Shown here: positions 42,947 through 53,092 of the stretch, one piece after another | How positions within the stretch are numbered: the stretch's first letter is position 1 | Layout: every line of letters starts with the position of its first letter | Source: Candidatus Omnitrophota bacterium | GTDB taxonomy: Bacteria > Omnitrophota > Gorgyraeia > Gygaellales > Profunditerraquicolaceae | Direction: 5' to 3' | Assembly: GCA_963805065.1 (NCBI GenBank) | Contig: CAWDSS010000010.1 | Span: 147,696 to 211,695, forward strand | DNA: 64,000 nt | Program-made: the position numbers and the translations under genes | The notes under the pieces: generated by a model | The model's input: only the letters and a program-made list of their open reading frames with translations | What the model was told of the DNA's origin: nothing | The model's database searches: none

Positions 42947-44064
42947 AGATAGACTCTGGGGATGCGGCTACCCAGGCCGCAGACAATTTCATAAGGAATG
43001 GTATTTGAAAGGCTGGCGAGTTCTTCTGCAGAAATCTTATTTTTCCCCTGGCTGCCGATTAATACTGCCTCATCTCCTACTTTTATGGAGGCATTTCCTA
43101 CGTCTAACATCATCTGATCCATGCATATCCTGCCGCAGATTCTAAAATGTCTTCCTCTTATCAATACCGGTCCCAGATTCGACAAATTACGCGGATAACC
43201 GTCGCCGTAGCCGATAGGAAGAGTTATTATTGAGGTGTCTTTCTTGGTAATATAGTCGTGGCCATAGCTTATCCCTTGTCCCGGGGAGACTTTCTTAATA
43301 TAAATAACCTGGGTCTTTAAGCTCAATACCGGTTTTAATTGTATTTTCAAATTTTCTTTGGGGTAGAGCCCGTATATTACCAGGCCCGGGCGGACCATAT
43401 TAAAATGGCTGTCTTTATAATCTAGCACGCCAATGCTATTTGCCGCATGCACCAACGGTATTTGTATACCGGATTTATTTAATTTCTCAACCAGGCGGTT
43501 AAACAGGGTTATCTGATACTGTGTAAACTTCCTGTTCATGTCCGCAAAGGCAAAATGGGTAAAAATCCCCTCTATATTTATGAATTTTAGTTTATGAATA
43601 TACTTTACGAGCTGCTCTGCGTCCTGATGCAATACTCCGATCCTGCCCATGCCTGTATCAACTTTGACATGCACGCCTATGGGAATCCCCAGCTGTTTTG
43701 CTTTGCTACTTAAGGCAAGGGCAAATTCCTTATCGCAAACAGTAGATGTAAGCCCGTATTTAAAAAGCGGGTAGATGTCCTTTTTTAGAATCAACCCCAG
43801 TATTAATATAGGCAATTTAATATTTGCCTCCCTTAATTTTATCCCTTCATCAATAGAAGCGACTCCCAGGGCATCAACCTTGCAGGAAACTAATTTTTTT
43901 GAAACCGGGATTAAACCGTGGCCATAGGCATCCGCTTTTACGGTAACCATTATCCGAGTCTTTGGGCGAAGGAGCCTTTTAACCTGGTAGAAATTGAATT
44001 TCAGATTATCCAAATTTACTTCCGCCCATGTGGGCCTATATCCTATGTCTTTATTCATACTCAT
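42943..44064 (-). CDS. alr: alanine racemase
   Basis: 373 aa. VKADAYGHG (PLP Lys) and the C-terminal GRICMDQMMLDV are present. Confidence 0.9.
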   Translation of the reverse strand: MSMNKDIGYRPTWAEVNLDNLKFNFYQVKRLLRPKTRIMVTVKADAYGHGLIPVSKKLVSCKVDALGVASIDEGIKLREANIKLPILILGLILKKDIYPLFKYGLTSTVCDKEFALALSSKAKQLGIPIGVHVKVDTGMGRIGVLHQDAEQLVKYIHKLKFINIEGIFTHFAFADMNRKFTQYQITLFNRLVEKLNKSGIQIPLVHAANSIGVLDYKDSHFNMVRPGLVIYGLYPKENLKIQLKPVLSLKTQVIYIKKVSPGQGISYGHDYITKKDTSIITLPIGYGDGYPRNLSNLGPVLIRGRHFRICGRICMDQMMLDVGNASIKVGDEAVLIGSQGKNKISAEELASLSNTIPYEIVCGLGSRIPRVYL

Positions 44065-44100
44065 ATTAACTCAAATCTCAAAGCGCAAAATGCAAAACTT

Positions 44101-44134
44101 AAACGCAAAACTTAAAACGTTTTAAGTTTTACGT
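44101..44134. terminator. near-perfect 34-bp palindrome
   Basis: AACGCAAAACTTAAAAC|GTTTTAAGTTTTACGTT spans the tsaB stop and lies upstream of alr. Confidence 0.45.
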
Positions 44135-44833
44135 TGCACTTTTGACTTTTGACTTTTGCGTTTTGACTTTAATCTGGCATTCCTTCGGATAAAGGTAAAT
44201 CGGCTTTACGTCAAAGGAATTGTTTATTTTTTTATCCTTTATGCGCTCAAGCGCCAACTTTATGATGTTACGCGGCCTGGGATACCAATAGTCTTTATCT
44301 AAAAATGTTAGCCCAAATGTATTCTTCAGGATTTTGTCTTTATATAACTCTGCAGCATCGCCTAAAATCAGGGAATCTTTTTTAGCGATTGCAGCCAGGC
44401 CCTGCGGACTTAACAGCATGGGAGGCTTGATTCTAGACAGCTTATTGTGGTTATTCTTGAATACAGCCGCATAAATTAGGTTTCTTTTTGCATCTATTGC
44501 AGGTATTATCTGTTTATCCGTATCCGAAACATTTAAAGCCAATATATCCAGCGTGGATATTCCTATTATAGGCTTGCTTAAAGCCCAACCCATACCTTTT
44601 ATAAAAGAAATTCCCGTGCGCATACCGGTAAATGAACCTGGACCAAGGCCGCAGGCCAAATAATCTAAATCTAAAGCTTTCCAACCTAAATAATCAAGAA
44701 TCCTCTTAAGCGCAACACCTATAAATGAAGACAGGTTCCTGCCCGCCTCTAAATTATACTCGTATATCGAGCGGCCGTCGGATAATCCCACACACAAGAA
44801 TTTTGTAGTCGTATCAATGCCTAGTATCTTCAT
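44129..44833 (-). CDS. tsaB: tRNA t6A biosynthesis protein TsaB
   Basis: 234 aa. The MKILGIDTTT start and GPGSFTGMRTG block are present. The C-terminal KVKTQKSKVKSAT tail is encoded by repeat words. Confidence 0.85.
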   Translation of the reverse strand: MKILGIDTTTKFLCVGLSDGRSIYEYNLEAGRNLSSFIGVALKRILDYLGWKALDLDYLACGLGPGSFTGMRTGISFIKGMGWALSKPIIGISTLDILALNVSDTDKQIIPAIDAKRNLIYAAVFKNNHNKLSRIKPPMLLSPQGLAAIAKKDSLILGDAAELYKDKILKNTFGLTFLDKDYWYPRPRNIIKLALERIKDKKINNSFDVKPIYLYPKECQIKVKTQKSKVKSAT

Positions 44834-45287
44834 CTATTCTTTTTATCAATTCCTTGAAACGTCTTCCCCTTGCACTGAATTTAAGCATCCGGCAAGAATT
44901 ATCCAGGAGTTTCAGATCTATTTTGAGGTATTCCTTTGGCTCAAGGCAGCCAAGTCTATCTGCCCATTCAATCACGCTGATTCCATCGGCATAAAGATAC
45001 TCTTCATAACCTAAGTCAAGTATATCCTTCACAGACTCCAGCCTATAAAGGTCAAAATGGTATAACGGTAACCTCCCTTGTAAGTGCTGACGGATTAGCA
45101 CGAATGAGGGACTAATGACTTGCCGTTTTTCAATACCTAACCCACACGCTATCCCCTTGGTTAAAACGGTCTTGCCGACCCCTAGTTTTCCGAATAAACA
45201 AATTATATCTGCGGGTTTTGCATTCCTGGCGATTAATTTGCCGATCTTAATGGTATCATTTATTGACTTTGAAATTATTTCCATCAA
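44814..45287 (-). CDS. tsaE: tRNA t6A biosynthesis ATPase TsaE
   Basis: 157 aa. GKLGVGKTVLTKG (P-loop) and HFDLYRL are present. Confidence 0.85.
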   Translation of the reverse strand: MMEIISKSINDTIKIGKLIARNAKPADIICLFGKLGVGKTVLTKGIACGLGIEKRQVISPSFVLIRQHLQGRLPLYHFDLYRLESVKDILDLGYEEYLYADGISVIEWADRLGCLEPKEYLKIDLKLLDNSCRMLKFSARGRRFKELIKRIDEDTRH

Positions 45288-46180
45288 AAATGTCTAAACC
45301 CTTTGGGCTGAATAGTCCTGGCCTTATTATTTTTATCTACTAATCTCAAACCTGATTTTTTGTCTACAATTTTTCCGATTGGCTGAAAACCGGTAAGTTT
45401 TTTGTTCAGGAGTTTTTGCGCATAGCCAGGCGATAAAGTAAACAAAAGCTCAAAGTCTTCTCCCATGTGTAATGCTTCGGTTAAATTGCGCGCTTGCCTA
45501 CTTAAAGGAATCAAGTCTGCATAAATTACAGCTCCGACTCGGCTTTGTTTCAGGATGTGGCTTAAATCCTGCGCCAGGCCATCTGAAATATCTATCATAG
45601 AGTTAACCTTAAAATTTTTAACTAAAAACCTTGCTTGTTTAAGGCGCGGAGTAAAAGTAAAGTGCTTACCGCGGATAGAGCCTCCTAATTCTCCCGTAAC
45701 AAATACAATATCGCCTTTTTTTGCTCCACTTCTTAAGGCCAGGTTATTTTTTTCTACAATGCCCAGCATGCTTACGTCTATCGCAAGTTGCTTGCCACGG
45801 CTTACATCTCCGCCCACTATATTTATGTCATATTTATTTGCCGTATCAAGCATGCCTCTAAAAAGCGCGTCTATGAATTCAACTCTGGTCTTAGGCGGCA
45901 GGCTTAGGGATATGACGCAGTAACGAGGTGAACCTCCGCAGGCAGCTATATCGCTTATCTGTATGGCTATGGATTTCCTGCCAATCAAATACGGATTATC
46001 TTTAAGGGTAAAGTCGACATCCTCAACTATCATGTCGCAGGTTAACAGCTGGTAATTAAATTTATCGAGCTTTAATACTGCGCAGTCGTCTCCCGAGCCC
46101 TTTATGACAGAAGAATCAGTCAAAATTAGCTTCTTGAATCTTTCAATTAATCCGAATTCGCCTATTTTGTTTATGCGCAT
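45284..46180 (-). CDS. thiL: thiamine-monophosphate kinase
   Basis: 298 aa. IGEFGLIERF...GDDCAV and VGGDVS are present. Confidence 0.85.
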   Translation of the reverse strand: MRINKIGEFGLIERFKKLILTDSSVIKGSGDDCAVLKLDKFNYQLLTCDMIVEDVDFTLKDNPYLIGRKSIAIQISDIAACGGSPRYCVISLSLPPKTRVEFIDALFRGMLDTANKYDINIVGGDVSRGKQLAIDVSMLGIVEKNNLALRSGAKKGDIVFVTGELGGSIRGKHFTFTPRLKQARFLVKNFKVNSMIDISDGLAQDLSHILKQSRVGAVIYADLIPLSRQARNLTEALHMGEDFELLFTLSPGYAQKLLNKKLTGFQPIGKIVDKKSGLRLVDKNNKARTIQPKGFRHF

Positions 46181-46198
46181 CTTAAATACTAGTTAAAT

Positions 46199-46260
46199 AA
46201 AGGGGACGTTTCTATTTTTCTGCTGATTAGGAGGCGTTAAAAATAGAAACGTCCCCTTTT
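46199..46260. repeat. 62-bp palindromic intergenic element, copy 1 of 3
   Basis: AAAGGGGACGTTTCTATTTTT-ctgctgattaggaggcgtt-AAAAATAGAAACGTCCCCTTTT between thiL and mtnA. Near-identical copies lie at 55848-55910 and 59046-59108. Confidence 0.8.
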
Positions 46261-46283
46261 CTTTGCAGTTTTAGCTTTTGGCT

Positions 46284-47336
46284 TTACTTTTTCCTTTGTA
46301 TCATCCTTCTAATATTTCTTACATACGGCGGCCTAATCACTCCCTTGTCCGTAATAATCGCCGTAATTAAACTATTCGGCGTCACATCAAATGCCGGATT
46401 ATACACTTTTATATTTCTGGGCGCAATCTGATGCTTGAAAAACAGTTTTGTAACCTCATCGCTGCTGCGCTCTTCTATGATTATACCTTCTCCGCTCTTT
46501 ATACCGCAATCAAAAGTGGAGGCGGGTGCTGCAATATAAAAAGGGATATTATGTTTTTTTGCTAAAATAGCCAATCCAAGGGTCCCTATTTTATTTGCCG
46601 CATCTGCGTTTGCAGTAATCCTGTCCGCACCGGTAATTACCTTATTAATTTTTCCTTGCGCCATTAAGGTTGCAACCGTATTATCGCAGATAAGAGTCAC
46701 ATCGACCTTGTTTTGCATTAGTTCCCAGGCAGTCAAACGCGCTCCTTGCAGCATTGGCCTAGTTTCGCAGGCGAATACTTTTATTTTCTTGCCCTCTTGT
46801 TTTGCTTTATAAATTACCCCTAATGCCGTGCCGTAATCAATAGTAGCCAGTATACCTGCATTACAAGTGGTTAGAATTATATCGTTATTTTTAATTAATT
46901 TTGCTCCGAAAGCACCTATGCTTCGGCAAGCCCACATGTCTTCTTTGATTACTTTGATAGCTTCTTTTAAAATTAAATCCTTAATCTTTCGTATGGGTTT
47001 ATGTTTATTTTTATTCACAATACCGGTAACCCTTTCAATTGCCCAAAAAAGGTTTCTTGCCGTCGGACGGGAACTAGCTATGTAACGGGCTGTTTTTTGC
47101 AAGTCTTTGTTAAACTCAACAAAGTTCTTTGCTCGAGAATTCCTTATCCCCAGATAAACACCTAAGGCTGCTGCTGCTCCCAATGCAGGAGCTCCGCGCA
47201 CATGCATATATTTAATCGCCTGCCAGAGCTTTTTTATGTCGTCTATGTAAATATATTCCAGCCGATGAGGTAATTTTGCCTGGTCAATCAGCTTTATTCT
47301 GTTATTAGTCCATTCAATTGTCTTAATCTTCATCAT
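46284..47336 (-). CDS. mtnA: S-methyl-5-thioribose-1-phosphate isomerase
   Basis: 350 aa. LIDQAKLPH...MHVRGAPALGAAAA is present, and the protein is eIF-2B-like. Confidence 0.8.
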   Translation of the reverse strand: MMKIKTIEWTNNRIKLIDQAKLPHRLEYIYIDDIKKLWQAIKYMHVRGAPALGAAAALGVYLGIRNSRAKNFVEFNKDLQKTARYIASSRPTARNLFWAIERVTGIVNKNKHKPIRKIKDLILKEAIKVIKEDMWACRSIGAFGAKLIKNNDIILTTCNAGILATIDYGTALGVIYKAKQEGKKIKVFACETRPMLQGARLTAWELMQNKVDVTLICDNTVATLMAQGKINKVITGADRITANADAANKIGTLGLAILAKKHNIPFYIAAPASTFDCGIKSGEGIIIEERSSDEVTKLFFKHQIAPRNIKVYNPAFDVTPNSLITAIITDKGVIRPPYVRNIRRMIQRKK

Positions 47337-48458
47337 TTACAAGCCTATGAGCCTGGCAAATAAGCTCTTTTTAATTTTTATTGCCGCAGCAGGGCACGAT
47401 TCCTGGCAGCAAAAACAGGCAATGCATTTTGAATAATCAAAAACTATGCGTTCATTTTTTATCCTTATGGCCTTGGTTGGGCAGGCTTTAATGCACGTTG
47501 CACAGCTAACACAATTATCGCGTTCTACGCAGGGGTAATATCTGATAAGCTTTTTAGCTAATTTTATAACCGGATTATTCGGTTTCTTCTGTGATAATAT
47601 TGAGGGCGTGGGCAGCAAAAATGGTTCGCCCCTGGCTTCTTCCAATCTTTCACCTACTATCCTAATACGCTGCATATCGGCAACTCCCAGGCCTCTTGCC
47701 ACTGCTTCTCTTGTGGTTGGCACATCCGCGGGATTAATTCCCATAATTAATGCCATTACACTATCCAAAGCCACGCAGTCAGAGCCTGCAAATAACAAAT
47801 TGAGCTCGCGTAACTTCCCGGCTGTTGCCGGGCCATCGCCTTCCATGGCAATAATACCGTCTATGACTGTAAGCGCTGGTTTAGCTTCCTGGTACACATC
47901 AACTAAAATTTTTGCAAATTCATCTGCGTTAAAATAATTCTTATGCAATTCCGTCTTAAACGTGCCTGACACCAATCCAAAAAGATTTTTAATAGCTGCG
48001 GTAATAATCGTCAGGCCGTGGGTCTTCAGTTTAGGAACGCTAACCAGACAATCGCAATCATCTATCCAGGTAGTCAAGGGGAACTTTTCTCTCATCCGCC
48101 TTTTATCAAATTTTACTAAAGATACTCCTTCCTCGAGGCAAACTTTTTTTATTCCGGAACGCTCATATACTTCATCTACCCTCTCAATCTGGCTGCCCCA
48201 GACACTGGGGCTGTCACCAACAAATATATTACAACGGATTCCCTTTAAAACTTTTATCACCGCCCTAACCACCTCGGGATGCGTATCAATGCCAAACTCC
48301 GGCTCCTTTGCCATTAAAAGGTTAGGTTTTACTAATACCCGGCTTTCGGGTTTTACGAAATTTGCTATCCCGCCGATTAAATCTATGGCTTTCTTGACGG
48401 CACCCTCTACCAAGGCAGGGTCATAACTATTACATTTTACAATTGAAACCTCTCTCAT
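47337..48458 (-). CDS. DUF362 domain protein with a C-terminal 2x[4Fe-4S] ferredoxin domain
   Basis: 373 aa. VLVKPNLL is present, and the C-terminal part has CVSCATCIKACP and CIACFCCQESCP. Confidence 0.7.
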   Translation of the reverse strand: MREVSIVKCNSYDPALVEGAVKKAIDLIGGIANFVKPESRVLVKPNLLMAKEPEFGIDTHPEVVRAVIKVLKGIRCNIFVGDSPSVWGSQIERVDEVYERSGIKKVCLEEGVSLVKFDKRRMREKFPLTTWIDDCDCLVSVPKLKTHGLTIITAAIKNLFGLVSGTFKTELHKNYFNADEFAKILVDVYQEAKPALTVIDGIIAMEGDGPATAGKLRELNLLFAGSDCVALDSVMALIMGINPADVPTTREAVARGLGVADMQRIRIVGERLEEARGEPFLLPTPSILSQKKPNNPVIKLAKKLIRYYPCVERDNCVSCATCIKACPTKAIRIKNERIVFDYSKCIACFCCQESCPAAAIKIKKSLFARLIGL

Positions 48459-49216
48459 TTTAAATTGAAAAATTTTATCGCATTCCTAGAAGTAATCCTT
48501 CCTACCTCTTCAATGTTGATTGCTTTAATTCTGGCAATTTCCCCTGCCAATTCTTTAACATGGACTGGTTCATTCCTTTTACCCCTGAATCCCTCCGGAG
48601 ATAAATACGGCGCATCTGTTTCCAGTAAAAGCCGGTCTAAGGGAGTAATTTTTACCATATCCCTTAAGTTTTGCGCCTTTTTATAAGTTATATTACAGGT
48701 ATATGAAATCAGGAAACCTAAATCCAGGCATTTTCTTAAAAAATCCCCGTCTCCTGAAAAACAATGCACAACCGCCCTTAACGGCAAAGCATCTTTTAAA
48801 AACTTCAATGTATCTTCTTTGGCTTCGCGCGTATGTATAACGAAAGGTAAATTTAAGTCTTTACCTAATTTTATCAGGGATAAGAATAATTTTCGTTGAT
48901 TTTCTGATTTAGAATAATTTTTAAAATAATCCAGTCCTATCTCTCCTATCGCCACAACCTTGCTTTCTTTTGCCAGTTCTTTTAAAACTTGTCCATCTTT
49001 ATCGCTTGAATTATCTGCTTCATGGGGATGAATTCCCACTGCCGCATAAACATAATCGTATTTTTTGGATAATTCCACAGACCTCCTGGAGCCTTCGATA
49101 CTGGATCCGATATTAATGAGATAATCTATTCCCCGGGCCTTGGAATTTTGGATTACTGCATCTCTATCTGTATTAAATTCCGGAAAATCCAGATGACAAT
49201 GAGTATCGATAAACAT
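48455..49216 (-). CDS. tatD: TatD family metal-dependent hydrolase
   Basis: 253 aa. The MFIDTHCHLDF start, IGEIGLDY and LETDAPYL are present. Confidence 0.9.
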   Translation of the reverse strand: MFIDTHCHLDFPEFNTDRDAVIQNSKARGIDYLINIGSSIEGSRRSVELSKKYDYVYAAVGIHPHEADNSSDKDGQVLKELAKESKVVAIGEIGLDYFKNYSKSENQRKLFLSLIKLGKDLNLPFVIHTREAKEDTLKFLKDALPLRAVVHCFSGDGDFLRKCLDLGFLISYTCNITYKKAQNLRDMVKITPLDRLLLETDAPYLSPEGFRGKRNEPVHVKELAGEIARIKAINIEEVGRITSRNAIKFFNLK

Positions 49217-49222
49217 GGCTGG

Positions 49223-50737
49223 CTATTCTTTTTCTATCTCAATGCGCGGGAATAAGGGCTTGCCTTTACTAATTTTATCATTTCCTAATTGCTCTTTGAT
49301 TGATGCTGAAGTCTGTGGCATAAATGCTGCGAGCTCATCTGAAACTTTTCTTATTACATCTACTAATAACCGTATAAAGGCCTCAAGTTTTTCTTTTTTA
49401 TTTTCCTTCGCCAGATTCCAAGGCTTAGTTTCCTCAACGTATTTATTCGCCATATTTATTAATTCCCAAATCTTTTCAATAGCCAGGCTAAAATCGCAAC
49501 TCCAGCTTAATGGAGTATAAATTGCCTGGTGTAAATCCATTATCGCTTTCTTTATTTTTTCTGCGCTGTCATCAAATTTAGTCTTATATATATCCGTAGA
49601 CGGGATGTTGCCTGCATAATACTTTTCAATCATTGTAAGTGTTCGATAAACCAGGTTACCCAAATCATTTGCCAGGTCGCTGTTGAACCTTTTGATTATT
49701 GCGTCTTCAGAAAAATTACCGTCCAGGCCAAAAGGAACATCCCGCAGCAGGAAATATCTGTAAACATCGATGCCAAATTTGTTTGCCATCTCTAGCGGTG
49801 AAACTACATTGCCTTTCGATTTGGACATCTTGTCCTGATTAATCAACCACCAGCCATGCGCAAAGATTGTCTTTGGCGGCTCTATATCAAGAGCGTATAA
49901 CATTATCGGCCAATATACCGCATGCTGCCTTAAAATATCTTTACCGATCAAATGCAAATCCGCAGGCCACCATTTTGAAACATATTTATCATTCTTGTCA
50001 AACTCTCCTACGGCACTTATATAATTTATCAGTGCATCAAACCAGACATAAGTCACATGGTCAGGGCTAAAAGGCAATGGAATCCCCCAGCTGAGCCGCT
50101 CCTTAGGGCGGGAGATACACAAATCCGTCAATTTGTTCATCTCTAAGAATCTTAAAACCTCATTTTGCCTTGAAGAAGGCAGAATAAATTTAACATTTGC
50201 AGGATCTTTAATATAGTCAATCAGCCAATCCTGATATTTTGCCAGCTTAAAGAAATAGTTTTTCTCGCTTATCTTCTCTACGGGCCTCTTACAATCAGGG
50301 CAGGCGCCTTCAATTAATTGCGATTCCAACCAGAATGTTTCACAAGGCGTGCAATACCATCCCTCGTATTTATCCTGATAAATATCGCCTTTTTTATAAA
50401 GTATCTCTAAAACCTTCTGGACAGTATCGGTGTGGCGCTTTTGCGTAGTGCGGATAAAATCATTGTATGAAATATTCAGGGTTTCCCACAGGTGGTTAAA
50501 TTGCGAAACCATCTTATCGGCGAATTCCTGGGGATTTAATTTTAGCTCTTCCGCAGCTCTTTGTATCTTTTGTCCATGTTCATCGGTCCCGGTAAGAAAC
50601 CAAACATTTTCTTTGCCGCAAACTCGGCGCATGTACCTTGCCAGAGTATCAGCTGCGATATTTGTATAAGAATGGCCTATGTGTGGCGAGGCATTCACGT
50701 AATACAAAGGAGTGGTTATATAGAATTTATTTGCCAT
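49223..50737 (-). CDS. metG: methionine--tRNA ligase
   Basis: 504 aa. HIGH (PHIGHSYT), KMSKS (KMSKSKGN) and a Zn knuckle (CTPCE...CPDC) are present. Confidence 0.95.
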   Translation of the reverse strand: MANKFYITTPLYYVNASPHIGHSYTNIAADTLARYMRRVCGKENVWFLTGTDEHGQKIQRAAEELKLNPQEFADKMVSQFNHLWETLNISYNDFIRTTQKRHTDTVQKVLEILYKKGDIYQDKYEGWYCTPCETFWLESQLIEGACPDCKRPVEKISEKNYFFKLAKYQDWLIDYIKDPANVKFILPSSRQNEVLRFLEMNKLTDLCISRPKERLSWGIPLPFSPDHVTYVWFDALINYISAVGEFDKNDKYVSKWWPADLHLIGKDILRQHAVYWPIMLYALDIEPPKTIFAHGWWLINQDKMSKSKGNVVSPLEMANKFGIDVYRYFLLRDVPFGLDGNFSEDAIIKRFNSDLANDLGNLVYRTLTMIEKYYAGNIPSTDIYKTKFDDSAEKIKKAIMDLHQAIYTPLSWSCDFSLAIEKIWELINMANKYVEETKPWNLAKENKKEKLEAFIRLLVDVIRKVSDELAAFMPQTSASIKEQLGNDKISKGKPLFPRIEIEKE

Positions 50738-51530
50738 GTTCCTTTTCTTTATAACTTATTTCAATCTGGCCGCCGTCTTCAAGTTCAACTATGGCAGTGC
50801 GTTTAAATACATTAATACTTATAACCTTGGCCTTTCCCTGTGGAGTATGAATTCGTTCGCCTTCCCGCGGCATACCTTTGGACAAAAGTTTGTAAGTTTC
50901 GTATTCAAAAGAAAGGCAGCACATCAGCCTTCCGCAAAGGCCTGAAATCTTGGGGGGGTTAAGGGGCAGGCCTTCTTCTTTTGCCATTTTTATGGTCACC
51001 GGCTCAAAATCCTTTAAGAATCTTGCGCAGCAAAGTTCCCTTCCGCAAGGGCCAAAACCGCCGAAAATCCTCGCTTCATCCCGTACGCCTATCTGCCTGA
51101 GTTCTATACGAGCCTTAAAAATCTTGGCGAGGTCCTTTACCAGGCTACGGAAGTCAATCCTTCCGTTTGCCGTAAAATAAAATATTATTTTCGTGCGCTC
51201 GAAAGAATACTCCGCCTGCACAAGCTTCATATCTAATTTGTGTTCTTCTATTTTTTTAATACAGGTATTAAATGCCTCTTTTGCCTTTGACCTATTCTCC
51301 TGTATTTGCTTCAAATCAGCCTCTGTTGCCAAGCGCACAATCTTTTTCATCGGCTCTTTGGGATCGGTTACCACAGTCAATTCTTCGCTAGGCGAAACTA
51401 CCTGGCCATAATCAAGGCCCCGGTCATGGTCGACGATAACATAATCCCCTTCTTTTAGGACTAAGTTTGCCCCGTTATAAGGAAAGATTTGCCCCGAATC
51501 CCTTAACCTTACTAAGATTGACCCTTCCAT
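50727..51530 (-). CDS. PSP1 domain protein (RicT/YaaT-like)
   Basis: 267 aa with the PSP1 C-terminal pattern, including CGRELCCARFL and CGRLMCCLSFE. Confidence 0.8.
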   Translation of the reverse strand: MEGSILVRLRDSGQIFPYNGANLVLKEGDYVIVDHDRGLDYGQVVSPSEELTVVTDPKEPMKKIVRLATEADLKQIQENRSKAKEAFNTCIKKIEEHKLDMKLVQAEYSFERTKIIFYFTANGRIDFRSLVKDLAKIFKARIELRQIGVRDEARIFGGFGPCGRELCCARFLKDFEPVTIKMAKEEGLPLNPPKISGLCGRLMCCLSFEYETYKLLSKGMPREGERIHTPQGKAKVISINVFKRTAIVELEDGGQIEISYKEKEHGK

Positions 51531-52477
51531 AATTGTATCCCCAGGTTATGTAAAATCAGCCGGTTATTAATGTTCTGGCTCAAATAATTAATTGAGTCGG
51601 ATATGTAATCAAATATTTCATTTAAATCAGAATAAGTAAACCTGCTCATCGCCTTTAACAGCTCGTCCTTACGGTCAAAATTTATCAGCTCCGAGTGAGG
51701 TGCACCTGCCTTGACCAAATAAATATCCCGAAACCACGTTGCCAGGATGTTTAAACACCCCCTGATTTCATCTTTGCTTTGCATATCGAGGTTCCCCATA
51801 TGGGGCTTTGATGACAAAGCGAATTTATCGATACAGATGTTCTTTTCTCTTATTATATCGGAGTCTTTTAATTCTAAGGCGCGGCCAAACCTGCCTTCGG
51901 AAAAATAAGCTAAAAAATGCGCCCTGCCATCATCCAATCCATAGTCATTTTTTAAAATCTGTTTTAACTTAGCGCGTTGAAGTGGCAGGAATTTTAAAAC
52001 TTTGCACCTTGAAATTATGGTCTTGAATAACAACGACGGCTTATCGCTTACCAGGATTATCAAGCTGCTTTTAGTCGGCTCTTCCAATATCTTTAAAAGC
52101 GCATTGGAAGCATCAGCAGTCAAGTTATGCGCGTTATCAATGATAAATACCTTTCTCTTTGCTTCATAGGGGCGTAAACTCGCCTCTCTTTGCAAGTCGC
52201 GAATGAACTCGATTTTTATCTCGCTATCTTGTTGTTCAATAAAATGCATGTCCGGATGCTGATTATTGTCTATTTTCTTACAAGAGGCGCATTCATCGCA
52301 TGAATCCAGGCTTTCATTTAAACAATTTAGCGCCTTGGCAAGAGTTTTAGCCACCAGCTTCTTGCCCACACCTCGCGGCCCGCTAAAAAGATACCCTCCT
52401 TCAAGCTTTGAGCACTCAAGATAAGCTTTTAATATATTTATGGCCTGCGCTTGTCCCTTTATGGAATCAAATGACAT
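51512..52477 (-). CDS. holB: DNA polymerase III subunit delta'
   Basis: 321 aa. YLFSGPRGVGKK, a Zn module (CDECASC) and an SRC motif (ISRCKVLKF) are present. Confidence 0.85.
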   Translation of the reverse strand: MSFDSIKGQAQAINILKAYLECSKLEGGYLFSGPRGVGKKLVAKTLAKALNCLNESLDSCDECASCKKIDNNQHPDMHFIEQQDSEIKIEFIRDLQREASLRPYEAKRKVFIIDNAHNLTADASNALLKILEEPTKSSLIILVSDKPSLLFKTIISRCKVLKFLPLQRAKLKQILKNDYGLDDGRAHFLAYFSEGRFGRALELKDSDIIREKNICIDKFALSSKPHMGNLDMQSKDEIRGCLNILATWFRDIYLVKAGAPHSELINFDRKDELLKAMSRFTYSDLNEIFDYISDSINYLSQNINNRLILHNLGIQLWKGQS

Positions 52478-53078
52478 ATTTTTCTACTAATCCCTGTATT
52501 TTACGTTGAGTCTGATATTTATCGTAAGTCACCTTAACAACTTTTATTCTTTTAGGCTCTTGTTTAGCCAATTTAAGATATCCTCTTCTCACCTTAGAGT
52601 GGTAGGCATAGGATCTTTTTTCAATCCTGTCTTTAGAGAATTTACGGTATTCCAGGCCTTCGCGCACAGGCAAGTCCAAAAGCACGGTAAGACTGGGTTT
52701 TATCCCTGCCGTAACAAAATTTCCCATGGCTTTTATTGCGCTGATATTTATGCCCAAGCCATAACCTTGATAAGCAATTGTAGAATCAAGGAACCTGTCG
52801 CAGATGACTATTTTTCCTTTTAGAATGGCCGGTTTGATGATTTCAGCTACTATTTGCGCACGCGCTGCCATGTAAAGAAGGGTTTCAGCTTCAGGCGAAA
52901 TATGATTCCGGGGAGACAGTAATATTTCTCTTATCTTCTCGCTAATCCTGGTTCCTCCGGGCTCGCGCAGATAAAGCACTTTGTAACCTTTACTCTTTAA
53001 ATATTCGTAAAGAAGTTTTGACTGCGTGCTTTTACCGCACCCTTCAGAACCCTCGAATGTAATGAATTTGCCTTTCAT
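52467..53078 (-). CDS. tmk: thymidylate kinase
   Basis: 203 aa. FITFEGSEGCGKST and DRFLDSTIAYQG are present. Confidence 0.9.
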   Translation of the reverse strand: MKGKFITFEGSEGCGKSTQSKLLYEYLKSKGYKVLYLREPGGTRISEKIREILLSPRNHISPEAETLLYMAARAQIVAEIIKPAILKGKIVICDRFLDSTIAYQGYGLGINISAIKAMGNFVTAGIKPSLTVLLDLPVREGLEYRKFSKDRIEKRSYAYHSKVRRGYLKLAKQEPKRIKVVKVTYDKYQTQRKIQGLVEKYVI

Positions 53079-53092
53079 TTCAATTTACAAAG

